From: a virus
Strand: one strand, 5' to 3'
IMG/VR virus record: IMGVR_UViG_3300036790_000425
Location: 1 to 64,000 of that record
Length of the DNA: 64,000 nucleotides
A program made the translations under genes and the position numbers. This document shows, one piece after another, positions 28,224 through 37,542 of the stretch (the first letter of the stretch is position 1; the number at the start of each line of letters is the position of its first letter). Under the pieces are notes generated by a model. The model was not told the DNA's origin. It did no database searches and worked only from the letters and a program-made list of their open reading frames with translations.

Positions 28224-28412
28224 ATGTCGAGCCCGCCAGGCAGGCAGGCAGGATGGAAGGTCCTGGTCATCTCATCCGTCATGATCGGCAGCAGCTGGCT
28301 GCCGATGATGCCCGCCCGGGCCGGGGAGATCGTGGTCCTGCTGGCCTTCCCCGTGATCGCCTGCGCATGGCGGCTGTTCTGGCTCGCGAGGCACCTCGGC
28401 AGGAACAGGTAG
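28224..28412 (+). CDS. Small 2-TM protein
   Basis: Hydrophobic. Confidence 0.5.
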   Translation: MSSPPGRQAGWKVLVISSVMIGSSWLPMMPARAGEIVVLLAFPVIACAWRLFWLARHLGRNR

Positions 28413-28438
28413 CGCGATACAGCTTTTCTTGCTAAGGT
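28410..28438 (+). promoter_or_regulatory. Promoter with 17-bp element (orientation A); leaderless ATG 28445
   Basis: TAGCGC-GATACAGCTTTTCTTGC-TAAGGT, ATG 6 nt later. Confidence 0.8.
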
Positions 28439-28444
28439 AACTCC

Positions 28445-28681
28445 ATGAGCGAAACGGTCCCCGCCGAGAGCCTGAAGCCCCGCGATGTCATCCTGGTCAG
28501 CCACAAGGGGCGCGACGTCCGCGTCACCATCCTGCGCGACCAGGAAGCCTGCACCGAGCAGGTCGGCCCGCTGGCGGGCGATCCCCGCATCCGGTTCTGG
28601 GCCCGCCGGGAGGACACCGGCCGGGAGGCCTGGATGATCTACGGCCCGGGCGGCGTCGTCCGGCTGGACGAGCGCGCATGA
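28445..28681 (+). CDS. Small beta-rich protein (leaderless)
   Basis: ORF after the promoter. Confidence 0.65.
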   Translation: MSETVPAESLKPRDVILVSHKGRDVRVTILRDQEACTEQVGPLAGDPRIRFWARREDTGREAWMIYGPGGVVRLDERA

Positions 28682-29838
28682 CCTGGGACGTGGTGGACCT
28701 GTTCTCGGGCGCCGGGGGCATGAGCTACGGCTTTCATGCTCACCCTGGCTTCCGGGTGACCGGTGCGGCCGACGCGCAGCTGGGCAAGCCGTCATCGGCA
28801 GCCGGCTCCCTGGGGTGCAATGCCAGCTACGAGCTGAACATGGGCATCACCCCGGTCGAGGCCAACCTCGCGGAGGCTGACCCCGCGGACGTGATAGCTG
28901 CCATGCGGCTGCCCCGGCCGGTGACCGTGCTGACTGCCTGCCCGCCGTGCACGGGCTTCACCCGCACCGTGCCCGGCAATCACCTGCGCGACGACCGGCG
29001 CAACACGCTGGTCGGGCGGGTGGCTGACTACGCGCGCATCCTGGAGCCCGAGATCATCGTGCTGGAGAACGCCCGCGAGCTGTTCCGGGGGAATTTCTCC
29101 GGGCACCTGAACGACCTCACCGCCCGCCTGGGCGGGCTGGGCTACTGGTCACGGTCAGCCGCGGTCATGCTGAGCCGCCACGGCCTGCCGCAGCGCCGCG
29201 AGCGCACCATCGTGATCGCGGTCCGGGACAGCGGAGAGGGCCCGCCCCCGGCCGGGCTGCGGCAGCTGTGGGACGGGCTGGCGCTCAGCGCCGGGGCTAT
29301 CACCGTGCGGCGCGCCCTGGGCAGCCTGGAGGGGCTGGCGGGCGATCCCCTGGACGTGGCCCCGGCCATGACGCCGGAAGTGACTGAGCGCCTGGCCGCG
29401 GTGCCGCATGACGGAGGCAGCTGGGCCAGCCTGCCCGCTGGGCTGATGACCCCGCGGATGCGGAGCCAGGCCGCGGCCGGCCGCTGGGGCAGCCACCCCG
29501 ACATCTACGGCCGGATGTGGTGGGACCGGCCGGCCCCGACGATCAAGCGCGAGTGCAGCCATGTCGGCAACGGCCGCTACGCCCACCCCGAGCTGGACCG
29601 GCTGTGCACGGTACGCGAGATGGCCGTGCTCAACGGCTTCCCGAGGGACTATCGGCTCGCCGGGTCGGTGTCGAACATGTACCGGCACATCGGGGACGCG
29701 GTGCCCCCGATGATCAGCTACCAGCTGGCCGCTGCCTGCCGGTGGATGCTGACCGGCGACCGGCCCCGCGCGGCTGAGCTGATCATGCCCGGCTGCCACC
29801 TGACGGCCGGGGACATCACCGAGGGGAGCACGTCATGA
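28678..29838 (+). CDS. DNA (cytosine-5) methyltransferase, orphan
   Basis: DLFSGAGG (I), PPC (IV), ENA (VI), PQRRER (VIII), IGDAVPP (X). Confidence 0.95.
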   Translation: MTWDVVDLFSGAGGMSYGFHAHPGFRVTGAADAQLGKPSSAAGSLGCNASYELNMGITPVEANLAEADPADVIAAMRLPRPVTVLTACPPCTGFTRTVPGNHLRDDRRNTLVGRVADYARILEPEIIVLENARELFRGNFSGHLNDLTARLGGLGYWSRSAAVMLSRHGLPQRRERTIVIAVRDSGEGPPPAGLRQLWDGLALSAGAITVRRALGSLEGLAGDPLDVAPAMTPEVTERLAAVPHDGGSWASLPAGLMTPRMRSQAAAGRWGSHPDIYGRMWWDRPAPTIKRECSHVGNGRYAHPELDRLCTVREMAVLNGFPRDYRLAGSVSNMYRHIGDAVPPMISYQLAAACRWMLTGDRPRAAELIMPGCHLTAGDITEGSTS

Positions 29839-30161
29839 CCAGGGTCATCCGGCTGGGCGAGGCCGATCAGGGGCTGCTGGACGCGCTGCTGAAGCTGCTG
29901 CTGTCCCCTGTGCTGCCCGGGGCGCCGGCGCACGCCACCACGGCCGACATCGACGCCTACCTGGACGGCGAGCCGCACCAGTGCGCCCTGTGCGGCGCCA
30001 CGGCGCGCGAGGTCTTCGCGGCCGGGGGCAGCTCGCTGGTGCCCCGGGCATGCTGGCTGGATGTGTGCCGCTCGTGCAGCTCGCGGGTGCGCCGGCTGTT
30101 CGCCTACTGGCCGGGCGACGAGGTCGCCGTGCGGCGAGCGCAGGAGCTGGGCCTGCTGTAG
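29835..30161 (+). CDS. Zn-binding hypothetical protein
   Basis: CALC...CRSC. Confidence 0.6.
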   Translation: MTRVIRLGEADQGLLDALLKLLLSPVLPGAPAHATTADIDAYLDGEPHQCALCGATAREVFAAGGSSLVPRACWLDVCRSCSSRVRRLFAYWPGDEVAVRRAQELGLL

Positions 30162-30190
30162 TTGCTCATTACAGCTTTCCTTGCTAAGAT
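30162..30190 (+). promoter_or_regulatory. Promoter with 17-bp element (orientation A)
   Basis: TTGCTC-ATTACAGCTTTCCTTGC-TAAGAT. Confidence 0.85.
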
Positions 30191-30227
30191 GGGTCTTGCA
30201 AGGGAACGACGAGCCAGGAGGCGCAAG

Positions 30228-30803
30228 ATGGGATCAGTCTTCACGCACCGCGAGCGTGGCATGAGCACCCGGGACTTCTTCCAGCGCGAGCTGAGGGATG
30301 ACATCGAGATCCTGGCCAGCGCTGTGATGGACAGCGTCTTCTACGCGGCAGTCCGGGGTGAGCGCGTCAAGGGCGAGATCACCACGTGGGCCCTGGCTTA
30401 CCCGATCTACCGCGCCAGGGGCTACCACAACTTCGGCTACAAGTGGCAGGACGAGTTCGACGGCCCGAACGCCATCACGGCCCCGGCCCGGGTGCTGGAC
30501 AGGCTAAGCCCGCTGCCCGTGTGCACGCACGGCGACGAGGTGAGCTACTGCGGCACCTGCTCCGCCCGCGACTGGCGGAAGTCCTGCCGGGCGCACGCCG
30601 GGCGCAAGGCCGCAGCTGAGAGCACGCAGGCCGGCACCGTCATCCGCCTGGCCGTCGCGGTCGAGTTCCGCAACGGCCACAAGGGCACCGACTTCGAGCT
30701 GCTCGACACCGTCAAGGGCCACGTCCGCGGCACCGACGGCCGCGTCTACAGCCTCGGCCGCGAGTGGTTCTACCGCGCCTTCGAGATCGTCCCGGCAGCC
30801 TGA
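30228..30803 (+). CDS. DUF6927-like protein
   Basis: FYAAV...NFGYKWQDEFDGP...PARVLDRLSP...DWRKSC. Confidence 0.7.
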   Translation: MGSVFTHRERGMSTRDFFQRELRDDIEILASAVMDSVFYAAVRGERVKGEITTWALAYPIYRARGYHNFGYKWQDEFDGPNAITAPARVLDRLSPLPVCTHGDEVSYCGTCSARDWRKSCRAHAGRKAAAESTQAGTVIRLAVAVEFRNGHKGTDFELLDTVKGHVRGTDGRVYSLGREWFYRAFEIVPAA

Positions 30804-30810
30804 CCGCCTG

Positions 30811-30845
30811 AGTCCGGGGAGGTTGCAGGGGCACCTCCCCGGACT
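30811..30845 (+). terminator. Hairpin terminator abutting the next promoter
   Basis: 13-bp stem AGTCCGGGGAGGT/ACCTCCCCGGACT. Confidence 0.7.
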
Positions 30846-30873
30846 TGCGCATTAGCAAGAAACCCTGTAATGT
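30845..30873 (+). promoter_or_regulatory. Promoter with 17-bp element (orientation B)
   Basis: TTGCGC-ATTAGCAAGAAACCCTG-TAATGT. Confidence 0.9.
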
Positions 30874-30908
30874 AGGTCTTGCAGGAGAACGACAGCGAGG
30901 AGGCCGGG

Positions 30909-31166
30909 ATGGACGAGCACCAGATCCGCACCGCGGACGAGCAGGACTCCCTGGACCGCGCGGTGGCCCGGTGCCCCCACGGCCGCCAGGACCGCGGTCA
31001 CCGCGTGGCCCGCGGCAGCTTCGACTGGCACTACGAGACCTGCACGGCGTGCGGCGGCGAGCGCCCCGAGCACGACGATGACGACAACTGCGGCATCTGC
31101 CAGGCCCGCGATGCGGGCACCGGCCCGGGACACGGCTGGGCCCCGGCCCCGGAGCAGGTCGCCTGA
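30909..31166 (+). CDS. Cys-rich small protein
   Basis: GAGGAGG RBS. Confidence 0.6.
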   Translation: MDEHQIRTADEQDSLDRAVARCPHGRQDRGHRVARGSFDWHYETCTACGGERPEHDDDDNCGICQARDAGTGPGHGWAPAPEQVA

Positions 31167-31426
31167 TGGGCAAGCTGCTCTGGCTGCGGCCGTCCCTGAC
31201 TGCCGACTACGAGGCAGCCCTCAAGGTGGCCTACCTGGCCTCCCTGCGGGACTACGCCGGCCGGGACACCGACGCCCTGCTGGTACTGCGGGGCCAGGCC
31301 TGCCCGCGGGACCCGGCCACCCTGGACGTCCTCCAGCGAGCCCGGGTGACCGGCATGCTGCGGGCCGTCACCGAGCTGATCGAGCAGTCCGAGCTGGCGC
31401 GGCACGCGGCCGACGCTAACCCCTGA
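31166..31426 (+). CDS. Hypothetical protein
   Basis: TGATG coupling. Confidence 0.6.
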   Translation: MGKLLWLRPSLTADYEAALKVAYLASLRDYAGRDTDALLVLRGQACPRDPATLDVLQRARVTGMLRAVTELIEQSELARHAADANP

Positions 31427-31434
31427 GGAGAGAC

Positions 31435-31806
31435 ATGAGCAGCAAGAATGAGGGCTACGGCCTGACCCTGGACGTCGTCGAGCAGATGTACCAGATCAAG
31501 CTGGAGGCCCGGCAGCGGTTCCTGCTGACCACCGGCAAGGACCTGCTGGCGCCGCTGGAGCAGCAGGCCGCCTACCTGATGCGGATGGCCCTGACTCCGT
31601 GCAAGTGCCCGGCCTGCAAGGCCGTCATCTGCCTGGCGTCGGCCGCCGATGACGGATACAACCCCGAGAGCAGTGTCGTGACCGGCGATGACTCCTACGG
31701 CTGCCCGTTCTGCCAGGCGCGGCTGCACTGGTTCCTGACCCTCAGCGGCCACCAGGGATTCGAACTCCAGGACGGCCAGACGATCACGACCGGGAAGCCT
31801 GCCTGA
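31435..31806 (+). CDS. Zn-ribbon protein
   Basis: CPAC...CPFC. Confidence 0.65.
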   Translation: MSSKNEGYGLTLDVVEQMYQIKLEARQRFLLTTGKDLLAPLEQQAAYLMRMALTPCKCPACKAVICLASAADDGYNPESSVVTGDDSYGCPFCQARLHWFLTLSGHQGFELQDGQTITTGKPA

Positions 31807-31807
31807 G

Positions 31808-32473
31808 ATGCCCTTCACGCCAGAGCAGACGCGCCGCTACATCTTCGCCAGCCCGGAGCCCGGCCTGAAGGTCACGGAGATCCTGGAGGTCATCAGCCGG
31901 GCCGGGGCGCCTGGCGACGGCCGGGTGGTCATAAGCCTGCCGAAGAACATTCCGGGCGAGGTCAGGTTCGAGATCCTGAATGCCCTGCGCCGGGCCTACC
32001 GCTACGGCCGTGAGGACCACGCCCTGGACGCGCCGCCCGAGGAGACGACCGGCAGCCAGGACCTGGGCGCTGCCTGGGACGGCGGGGCCATCATGGCCCG
32101 GGCGGTCCACGGGCATGACCCCGATCCCGGCGAGCACGTGCACGTCCAGCGGACCCGCTACGTGCACAGCCACGATGGCGGCACCGCCGAGCACTCGCAC
32201 TCGCATCCGCACGGCAGCTCTGAGGAGCCCCGGGAAGGACCATCCGGAGTGGTGAGGGTGCCGCCCCGGGCGCTGGCTCGCCGGGCGGCTGACCGCTGGG
32301 TCGGCGGCCTGGAGACCGCCCAGGCGCTCAGGCCCTCGCTGCTGGATGACGGCGTCCCGGAGTTCCTGGACGGCTACGACGACTTCCACGTCCACCAGGG
32401 GCCCGACGGAAGGCGCTGGCTGCACGCCCATGACGGCGGTCCCGCCGAGCACGAGCACAGGAGCGAGTCATGA
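31808..32473 (+). CDS. His-repeat protein
   Basis: HSHDGGTAEHSH and HAHDGGPAEHEH. Confidence 0.6.
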   Translation: MPFTPEQTRRYIFASPEPGLKVTEILEVISRAGAPGDGRVVISLPKNIPGEVRFEILNALRRAYRYGREDHALDAPPEETTGSQDLGAAWDGGAIMARAVHGHDPDPGEHVHVQRTRYVHSHDGGTAEHSHSHPHGSSEEPREGPSGVVRVPPRALARRAADRWVGGLETAQALRPSLLDDGVPEFLDGYDDFHVHQGPDGRRWLHAHDGGPAEHEHRSES

Positions 32474-32865
32474 TCCGGCAGGAGCGGTTCCTGATCAGCC
32501 AGCGGCTCTACGCGGTCCGCCTGAACCCGATGAACATGCTCAGCGAGGGCCTGCCGGGCGGGCACTTCCGGATCGTCGTGCCGGCTGTGTGGTTCCGGCG
32601 CCGGCACGGCATGACAATCGCGGTCGCCGGGGACCTGTGGGACCTCCAGGATGACCGGCCGGGCACGGTGGAGGAGGCCCTGGCCCGCCACGATGACGGC
32701 CGCTACGGCGGCGACTGGCGTGCTCGCCTGGACGACCGCGGCAGATTCTTCACGGCCGGCCCCGCGACTGCCTGGCAGCAGCAGAAGTACCTGACACTGC
32801 TGCGGCAGATGCTGGATCACTACCCCGCGGCCCCGGATGGCTGGGACGGCTGGTGGCGGTTCTGA
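32470..32865 (+). CDS. Hypothetical protein
   Basis: ATGA coupling. Confidence 0.65.
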   Translation: MIRQERFLISQRLYAVRLNPMNMLSEGLPGGHFRIVVPAVWFRRRHGMTIAVAGDLWDLQDDRPGTVEEALARHDDGRYGGDWRARLDDRGRFFTAGPATAWQQQKYLTLLRQMLDHYPAAPDGWDGWWRF

Positions 32866-33158
32866 TGGCAGTCCGGCGCGTCTCGACATCACCCCGGCTG
32901 GGCACGCCGCTCGGGCTGCGGCTGCGCGGCAGCTCGCTGGCCGTGGTGGTCGTGGTGACCGAGCCGGGGCGGACCAGGATGGCAGTCGAGGTCCACGGCC
33001 CTGAGAGCGTCCTGAGCGCCGTTACCGGGAAGATGCACGGCGATATCTGGACCCTCACCTGGCCGCACTCCGGGGGCGCCGGGGACGGCTGCACGGCCGT
33101 GTTCTGGGTGCCCGAGGGAACTGAGCTGGACGTCTCCGGCGCCCGGATCCTGCGCTGA
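32865..33158 (+). CDS. Hypothetical protein
   Basis: TGATG coupling. Confidence 0.55.
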   Translation: MAVRRVSTSPRLGTPLGLRLRGSSLAVVVVVTEPGRTRMAVEVHGPESVLSAVTGKMHGDIWTLTWPHSGGAGDGCTAVFWVPEGTELDVSGARILR

Positions 33159-33159
33159 G

Positions 33160-33188
33160 TTGCACATTAGCAAGAAACCCTGTAATGT
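33160..33188 (+). promoter_or_regulatory. Promoter with 17-bp element (orientation B)
   Basis: TTGCAC-ATTAGCAAGAAACCCTG-TAATGT. Confidence 0.9.
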
Positions 33189-33226
33189 GGTTCTTGCAAG
33201 GGAACGACGACGACAGGAGACGCGAG

Positions 33227-33556
33227 ATGGCCGCTCAGCTGCTGGACACCAGCAACGACGTATGGCGCGACTGCGATGCGCAGGAGCTGCTGGCCATGAT
33301 CGGCCACCGCAACGTGCTGGCCATCTCGGGCGGCCGGGTCCTCCGGCATCCCCGCGGCGGCGTGACGCTGCCGGTCGGCCACGGCTACTCGGTCACCATC
33401 GACCTGGCCGCCAACGACACCTGGACCGTCCGCCGGATCTTCAAGCGCGGGAGCAAGATCTTCCTGCACGGCGAGGAGGCCGAGGTCTACAGCGAGGAGC
33501 TGGGCCAGGCCGCCTACCGCGCCTCGTGCTACGTGAACGTGGCCTTCGGGGAGTGA
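33227..33556 (+). CDS. Actinophage-type hypothetical protein
   Basis: IGHRNVLAISGGR...LAANDTWTVRR...AAYRASC. Confidence 0.7.
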   Translation: MAAQLLDTSNDVWRDCDAQELLAMIGHRNVLAISGGRVLRHPRGGVTLPVGHGYSVTIDLAANDTWTVRRIFKRGSKIFLHGEEAEVYSEELGQAAYRASCYVNVAFGE

Positions 33557-33558
33557 CG

Positions 33559-33834
33559 ATGAGCGACGAGCTGGCCCGGGTCCGGGACAAGCGGAACACC
33601 TACCACGGCGTGTACGCCGCGCGGGTGCTCCGCCGCCGGGCTCAGCCCCTGCACGTCGTGCGGGCGCTGCGGTTCACCGACCACGGCCTCCGGCAGGTCT
33701 ACTTCGACCGCCAGGCCCTGTGCGGCGTAGTGGCCGCCGGGCACATCGAGTCAGGCGACCCGCGCAAGCCCGGGAACGCCACGTGCGACACCTGCCGCCG
33801 CGAGTACGCGAAGACCAGGAAGGACCCGAGATGA
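33559..33834 (+). CDS. Zn-binding hypothetical protein
   Basis: H...ALCG...TCDTC. Confidence 0.6.
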   Translation: MSDELARVRDKRNTYHGVYAARVLRRRAQPLHVVRALRFTDHGLRQVYFDRQALCGVVAAGHIESGDPRKPGNATCDTCRREYAKTRKDPR

Positions 33835-34001
33835 TCGCCAGCAAGGCCGCCAGACGCCGGGCCCGGACCCTCGTGACCCCGGGCAGCGGGCCGGTGTGGA
33901 CGGCCTACCGTAACGGGCAGCGCGCCGGCACGCACGGCCGGAACCGGGCTTCTGACCGGGCCAACAACCGCCGCAAGGCGATCCAGGAGGCCTCGCAGTA
34001 G
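33831..34001 (+). CDS. Small basic protein
   Basis: ATGA coupling. Confidence 0.5.
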   Translation: MIASKAARRRARTLVTPGSGPVWTAYRNGQRAGTHGRNRASDRANNRRKAIQEASQ

Positions 34002-34032
34002 CGGGGCCCGACCATCCACCGAGGGAGACGGC

Positions 34033-34236
34033 ATGACCATATTCCACCTGTTCCTGGCCGGGCTGTTCCACGCCGAGCAGCACCTGCACTACATGCAGCA
34101 CTCCGGCTTCCGGCTGCACGGCTGTCACTACCAGTCGTTCAGGCACGCCACCGGGCACGGCGCCTGGCGCACCATCGGCCGCCTGGTCTGCCCGTTCCAG
34201 CAGAACGTGCACATCGTCCAGCCCGCAGGCAGGTAG
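34033..34236 (+). CDS. Small His-rich protein
   Basis: GAGGGAG RBS. Confidence 0.5.
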   Translation: MTIFHLFLAGLFHAEQHLHYMQHSGFRLHGCHYQSFRHATGHGAWRTIGRLVCPFQQNVHIVQPAGR

Positions 34237-34275
34237 GACCGCACCCGGGGCCCGGGGATCTCCTCGGGCCCTGAG

Positions 34276-34304
34276 TTGCGCATTACAGGGTTTCTTGCTA
34301 ATGT
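34276..34304 (+). promoter_or_regulatory. Promoter with 17-bp element (orientation A), preceded by hairpin 34248-34271
   Basis: TTGCGC-ATTACAGGGTTTCTTGC-TAATGT. Confidence 0.9.
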
Positions 34305-34341
34305 TGGTCTTGCAGGGAAGACGACAGCTGAGGAGCCCCGG

Positions 34342-35178
34342 ATGAGCCAGCCAGACCCCCGCCAGCACGACGAGGCCACGCGCGACCTGTACGAGGCGCA
34401 GGCGAAGGCCGGCCGTCAGGTCAAGATCGAGCTGGAGCGGGTGCACCAGCACGCGGGCGACCGGCGCGACCGCTACGCCGGCGGCTGGGTCATGAAGAAC
34501 TCCGAGGCGCTGGGCGCGACCACCCCGGACGCCCTGTCCCGCTTCCAGGCCGCCGCCCGCGAGGCCGCCCGCCTGGCGGATGAGATCAACGACATGGACG
34601 CGATCTACGCCACCTACCGGTGGAGCCGATACTTCCTGGTCACCAACACGGGCGGCCACGTGCACCGCGACAGGACCTGCCCCACCTGCTTCCCGGCTAC
34701 CCAGTACCACTGGCTGCCCGAGCTGTCCGGCTGCGACGAGGCCGCCATGATCACCGAGTTCGGTGAGAAGGCCTGCACCGTCTGCTTCCCGGACGCGCCC
34801 GTCAACCCGGCCTACCACGCGCCGGGCCGCCGCGACCGCGCCGCCATCGAGGCCCGGGACGCTGAGAAGGCCGGGCGCGAGGCCAAGAAGGCCGCGAAGA
34901 ACCTGACCGAGGGCCAGCAGTTCCGGGTGGACGGCAGCCGGGTCGAGACCGTGCACGGGTGCATCGAGGTGCTGCGCAGCGAAGTCGAGTTCCGCGACTA
35001 CTACGGCAACGGCGAGCACCCGTTCCACGCCGACTACGCCCGGGGCGCGGCCGAGGCCGCCCGGGTGCTGCTGGCCCGCGAGGCCGCCGCCCCCGGCACC
35101 GGCAAGACCCAGGCCGAGATCAGCACGATCATCGAGCGCGCGATCATCCGGAACCGGAAGGACGGCGCGCGGATCTGA
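34342..35178 (+). CDS. Actinophage-type Zn-binding protein
   Basis: WSRYFLV...GHVH...CPTC...WLPELSG...CTVCFPDAP. Confidence 0.75.
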   Translation: MSQPDPRQHDEATRDLYEAQAKAGRQVKIELERVHQHAGDRRDRYAGGWVMKNSEALGATTPDALSRFQAAAREAARLADEINDMDAIYATYRWSRYFLVTNTGGHVHRDRTCPTCFPATQYHWLPELSGCDEAAMITEFGEKACTVCFPDAPVNPAYHAPGRRDRAAIEARDAEKAGREAKKAAKNLTEGQQFRVDGSRVETVHGCIEVLRSEVEFRDYYGNGEHPFHADYARGAAEAARVLLAREAAAPGTGKTQAEISTIIERAIIRNRKDGARI

Positions 35179-35702
35179 TGGACGCCAGCACGACCGCAGA
35201 CCGCGAGAGGAGCGGCATGACCGAGGTAACCGCGACCGGCGAGACGATCACCCTGACGCTGAGCGACGGGGAGACGCGCCAGGCCGGGCTGCTGCCGGAC
35301 GGCAGCTGGTGCTGCCCGTGGGACGGCACCCCGTGCGTCCCCGGCCAGGAGCACTACGACCGCCGCGGCTGGGATGCCCCGTGCCCGAGCCCGGCGTGCG
35401 TGGCCGGCGGCTGGTCCAGCCTGGAGCAGGTCACCCAGGTCAAGCTGGAGCAGCGGCGCCGCCAGGAGGCTGCCTCACAGCGCTCCTGGCTGGCTAAGGC
35501 CCAGGAGGAGCAGCGCGAGGCACGGGAGAAGTCCCGCCGCGCCGCGGTCTCCGCCTTCGTGGCCGAGGCCGGGGAGTCCGGCGCGTGCGTGCCCTGCTGG
35601 AGCAAGTCCACCAGCCACGGCATGTTCCTGGACCGGCCGCGGGTCATCCGGCACCGCCGGGCCGACACCTGCCCGCTGCGGCGCCGGGAGGGGGCGTCAT
35701 GA
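35178..35702 (+). CDS. Cys-rich hypothetical protein
   Basis: TGATG coupling. Confidence 0.6.
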   Translation: MDASTTADRERSGMTEVTATGETITLTLSDGETRQAGLLPDGSWCCPWDGTPCVPGQEHYDRRGWDAPCPSPACVAGGWSSLEQVTQVKLEQRRRQEAASQRSWLAKAQEEQREAREKSRRAAVSAFVAEAGESGACVPCWSKSTSHGMFLDRPRVIRHRRADTCPLRRREGAS

Positions 35703-35980
35703 CCGGGCGCGAGCCGGAGGTCATGCAGAGCGACGGCCGGGCCAGCCGGCGGGTGCTGCGCCGGCTGTCAGGTCACCTGGACCGCATCGACCGGCTCGGG
35801 CACGTCACCCGCCAGGCCCAGAGGTCCTTCGCCGTCCAGGCGTGCATCGCGATCATGAAGCGCGAGTGCGCGGCCGGGGTCGGCCACAAGGCCGGGTCCG
35901 AGCCGGACTCCTGCGGTGCCTGCACCCAGACCCGGGCCATCCTCCGGGTGATCCGCCAGCTGGCAGGGATGAAGCCGTGA
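35699..35980 (+). CDS. Hypothetical protein
   Basis: ATGA coupling. Confidence 0.55.
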   Translation: MTGREPEVMQSDGRASRRVLRRLSGHLDRIDRLGHVTRQAQRSFAVQACIAIMKRECAAGVGHKAGSEPDSCGACTQTRAILRVIRQLAGMKP

Positions 35981-36258
35981 GGACCTACGTCACGGCCCTG
36001 GCCAGCGCGGCCGGGCACGACCCGGAGTGCTTCTACGTCACCATCCGGCGGACCCGGCAGACCGCCTGGCTGCTGGGGCCCTACGGCACCCGGGCGGAGG
36101 CAGCCGGGCGCGTCCCCGCCGGCCGCCGGCTGGCTCACCGGGCTGATCCCCGCACCGCGTTCGACCACTTCGGCGTCACCCGCGTGGGCGTGCCGCCGGG
36201 CCAGCCCGCGCCGCCGGGCAAGCTGAACCACCTGCTGGAGGCAGAGAGCGATGACTGA
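35977..36258 (+). CDS. Hypothetical protein
   Basis: FYVTI...LLGPY...FGVT...PGKLN. Confidence 0.65.
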   Translation: MRTYVTALASAAGHDPECFYVTIRRTRQTAWLLGPYGTRAEAAGRVPAGRRLAHRADPRTAFDHFGVTRVGVPPGQPAPPGKLNHLLEAESDD

Positions 36259-36997
36259 CTACATCCTGGAGCTGAGCAGCTTCGGCGGCATCGTGGCCGG
36301 GGCCGTGCACTGGCGCGGCCGGGTCCGGGGGCCGCACCCGAAGTCCTGCCACGGCGGCACGGTCTTCAATGCTCCGGAGTCACGCGGCAAGACCACGTGC
36401 ACTGAAGGCCACGAGCTGCCCGTGCGGATCGAGTGGGAGGTGGAGCAGGCCTGGACGGCCGAGCAGTACGAGCGCTACGCCGCCCGGCACTTCGACGGGG
36501 ACTCCCCTTCCCAGTTCCGGACCGCGATGGCCGTGGTCGAGACCGCGATCGCCCGGTTCCGGGGCGATCTGCCCGTCCGCGAGTACGACGAGAAGACCTA
36601 CCCGGGTGAGCCGGCTGACCGGCTGTTCCTGGACTTCATCCCGTTCGACGACAGCGACATCGACGAGGAGTGGGGCCGCCAGCAGGGCACCCCGCCCTAT
36701 GGCAGCATCCTGACTGAGATCCCGGTCTCCCGGCTGCTGACCGTGACCGAGCGGACCATCCTGCGGCACTGGCTCCAGGTTCTGTCCGAGCAGGCGAAGA
36801 CCGTCCGGGTCGCCCTGGGCAAGCCGGACCTGAAGATCACGACCGACATCTGGCAGGGCCAGTGGACGGCCCTGAAAGGGAACCTGGACGCCATCACAGA
36901 TGACCTGTGCGGCCGTGCCGAGCCCGAGGGACCCTCAGGAGCACCCGCCGTGAGTAACGAGCCGGCGGCCGGCCCCGGGTCCGCAGAGACCGCCTGA
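36251..36997 (+). CDS. Hypothetical protein
   Basis: Coupled; natural composition. Confidence 0.65.
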   Translation: MTDYILELSSFGGIVAGAVHWRGRVRGPHPKSCHGGTVFNAPESRGKTTCTEGHELPVRIEWEVEQAWTAEQYERYAARHFDGDSPSQFRTAMAVVETAIARFRGDLPVREYDEKTYPGEPADRLFLDFIPFDDSDIDEEWGRQQGTPPYGSILTEIPVSRLLTVTERTILRHWLQVLSEQAKTVRVALGKPDLKITTDIWQGQWTALKGNLDAITDDLCGRAEPEGPSGAPAVSNEPAAGPGSAETA

Positions 36998-36999
36998 GA

Positions 37000-37028
37000 G
37001 CCGGGATTAGCAAGCAAGACTGTATCGT
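37000..37028 (+). promoter_or_regulatory. Promoter with degenerate 17-bp element (orientation B), poor -35
   Basis: ATTAGCAAGCAAGACTG-TATCGT. Confidence 0.7.
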
Positions 37029-37056
37029 TAGAGCAGCAGGAGAGAGGAGCAGCCTG

Positions 37057-37329
37057 ATGTCCCGCCAGGATCACTCGCACGAGGCCGGCCAGGTGCGCGG
37101 CGCCGTCAGCCGGGACGAGGTACGTGACCTGGCCCGGCGGCTGGGTCAGGTCGAGCGGCAGCTGGAGATCGAGAGCGAGATCGTCCGCACGATCATCGGC
37201 GCCAGCCCGCAGACCGCCGTGGCAATCCTCCAGACCCTGGCCTGGCGGGCCCGGGACCTGGACCAGGCCGGCCAGCACAACATGGCCGCGGCGATGCTCC
37301 GGGTGATCGAGGAGGCACGGCCATGCTGA
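37057..37329 (+). CDS. Hypothetical helical protein
   Basis: GAGGAG RBS. Confidence 0.65.
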   Translation: MSRQDHSHEAGQVRGAVSRDEVRDLARRLGQVERQLEIESEIVRTIIGASPQTAVAILQTLAWRARDLDQAGQHNMAAAMLRVIEEARPC

Positions 37330-37403
37330 TCCTGCTGGCCATCGACGAGTGCCTGGCCCGGCACATCAACCAGACCCTGAACTGACCCCGAAAGGACCCC
37401 CTC

Positions 37404-37541
37404 ATGATTCGCACCGCATTCGGATGGCTTGTCGCCATCGTTGTCGTCGTCTACTTCGTCAAGCACGGAGGACAAGTTGGCGGCTGGGTTCACGAGGGCT
37501 TCCAGTCGCTCTCGAACTTCGTGAGCCAGGTAAGCAGCTGA
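37404..37541 (+). CDS. 45-aa single-TM protein
   Basis: AAAGGA RBS; MIRTAFGWLVAIVVVVYFVKH. Confidence 0.55.
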   Translation: MIRTAFGWLVAIVVVVYFVKHGGQVGGWVHEGFQSLSNFVSQVSS

Positions 37542-37542
37542 G

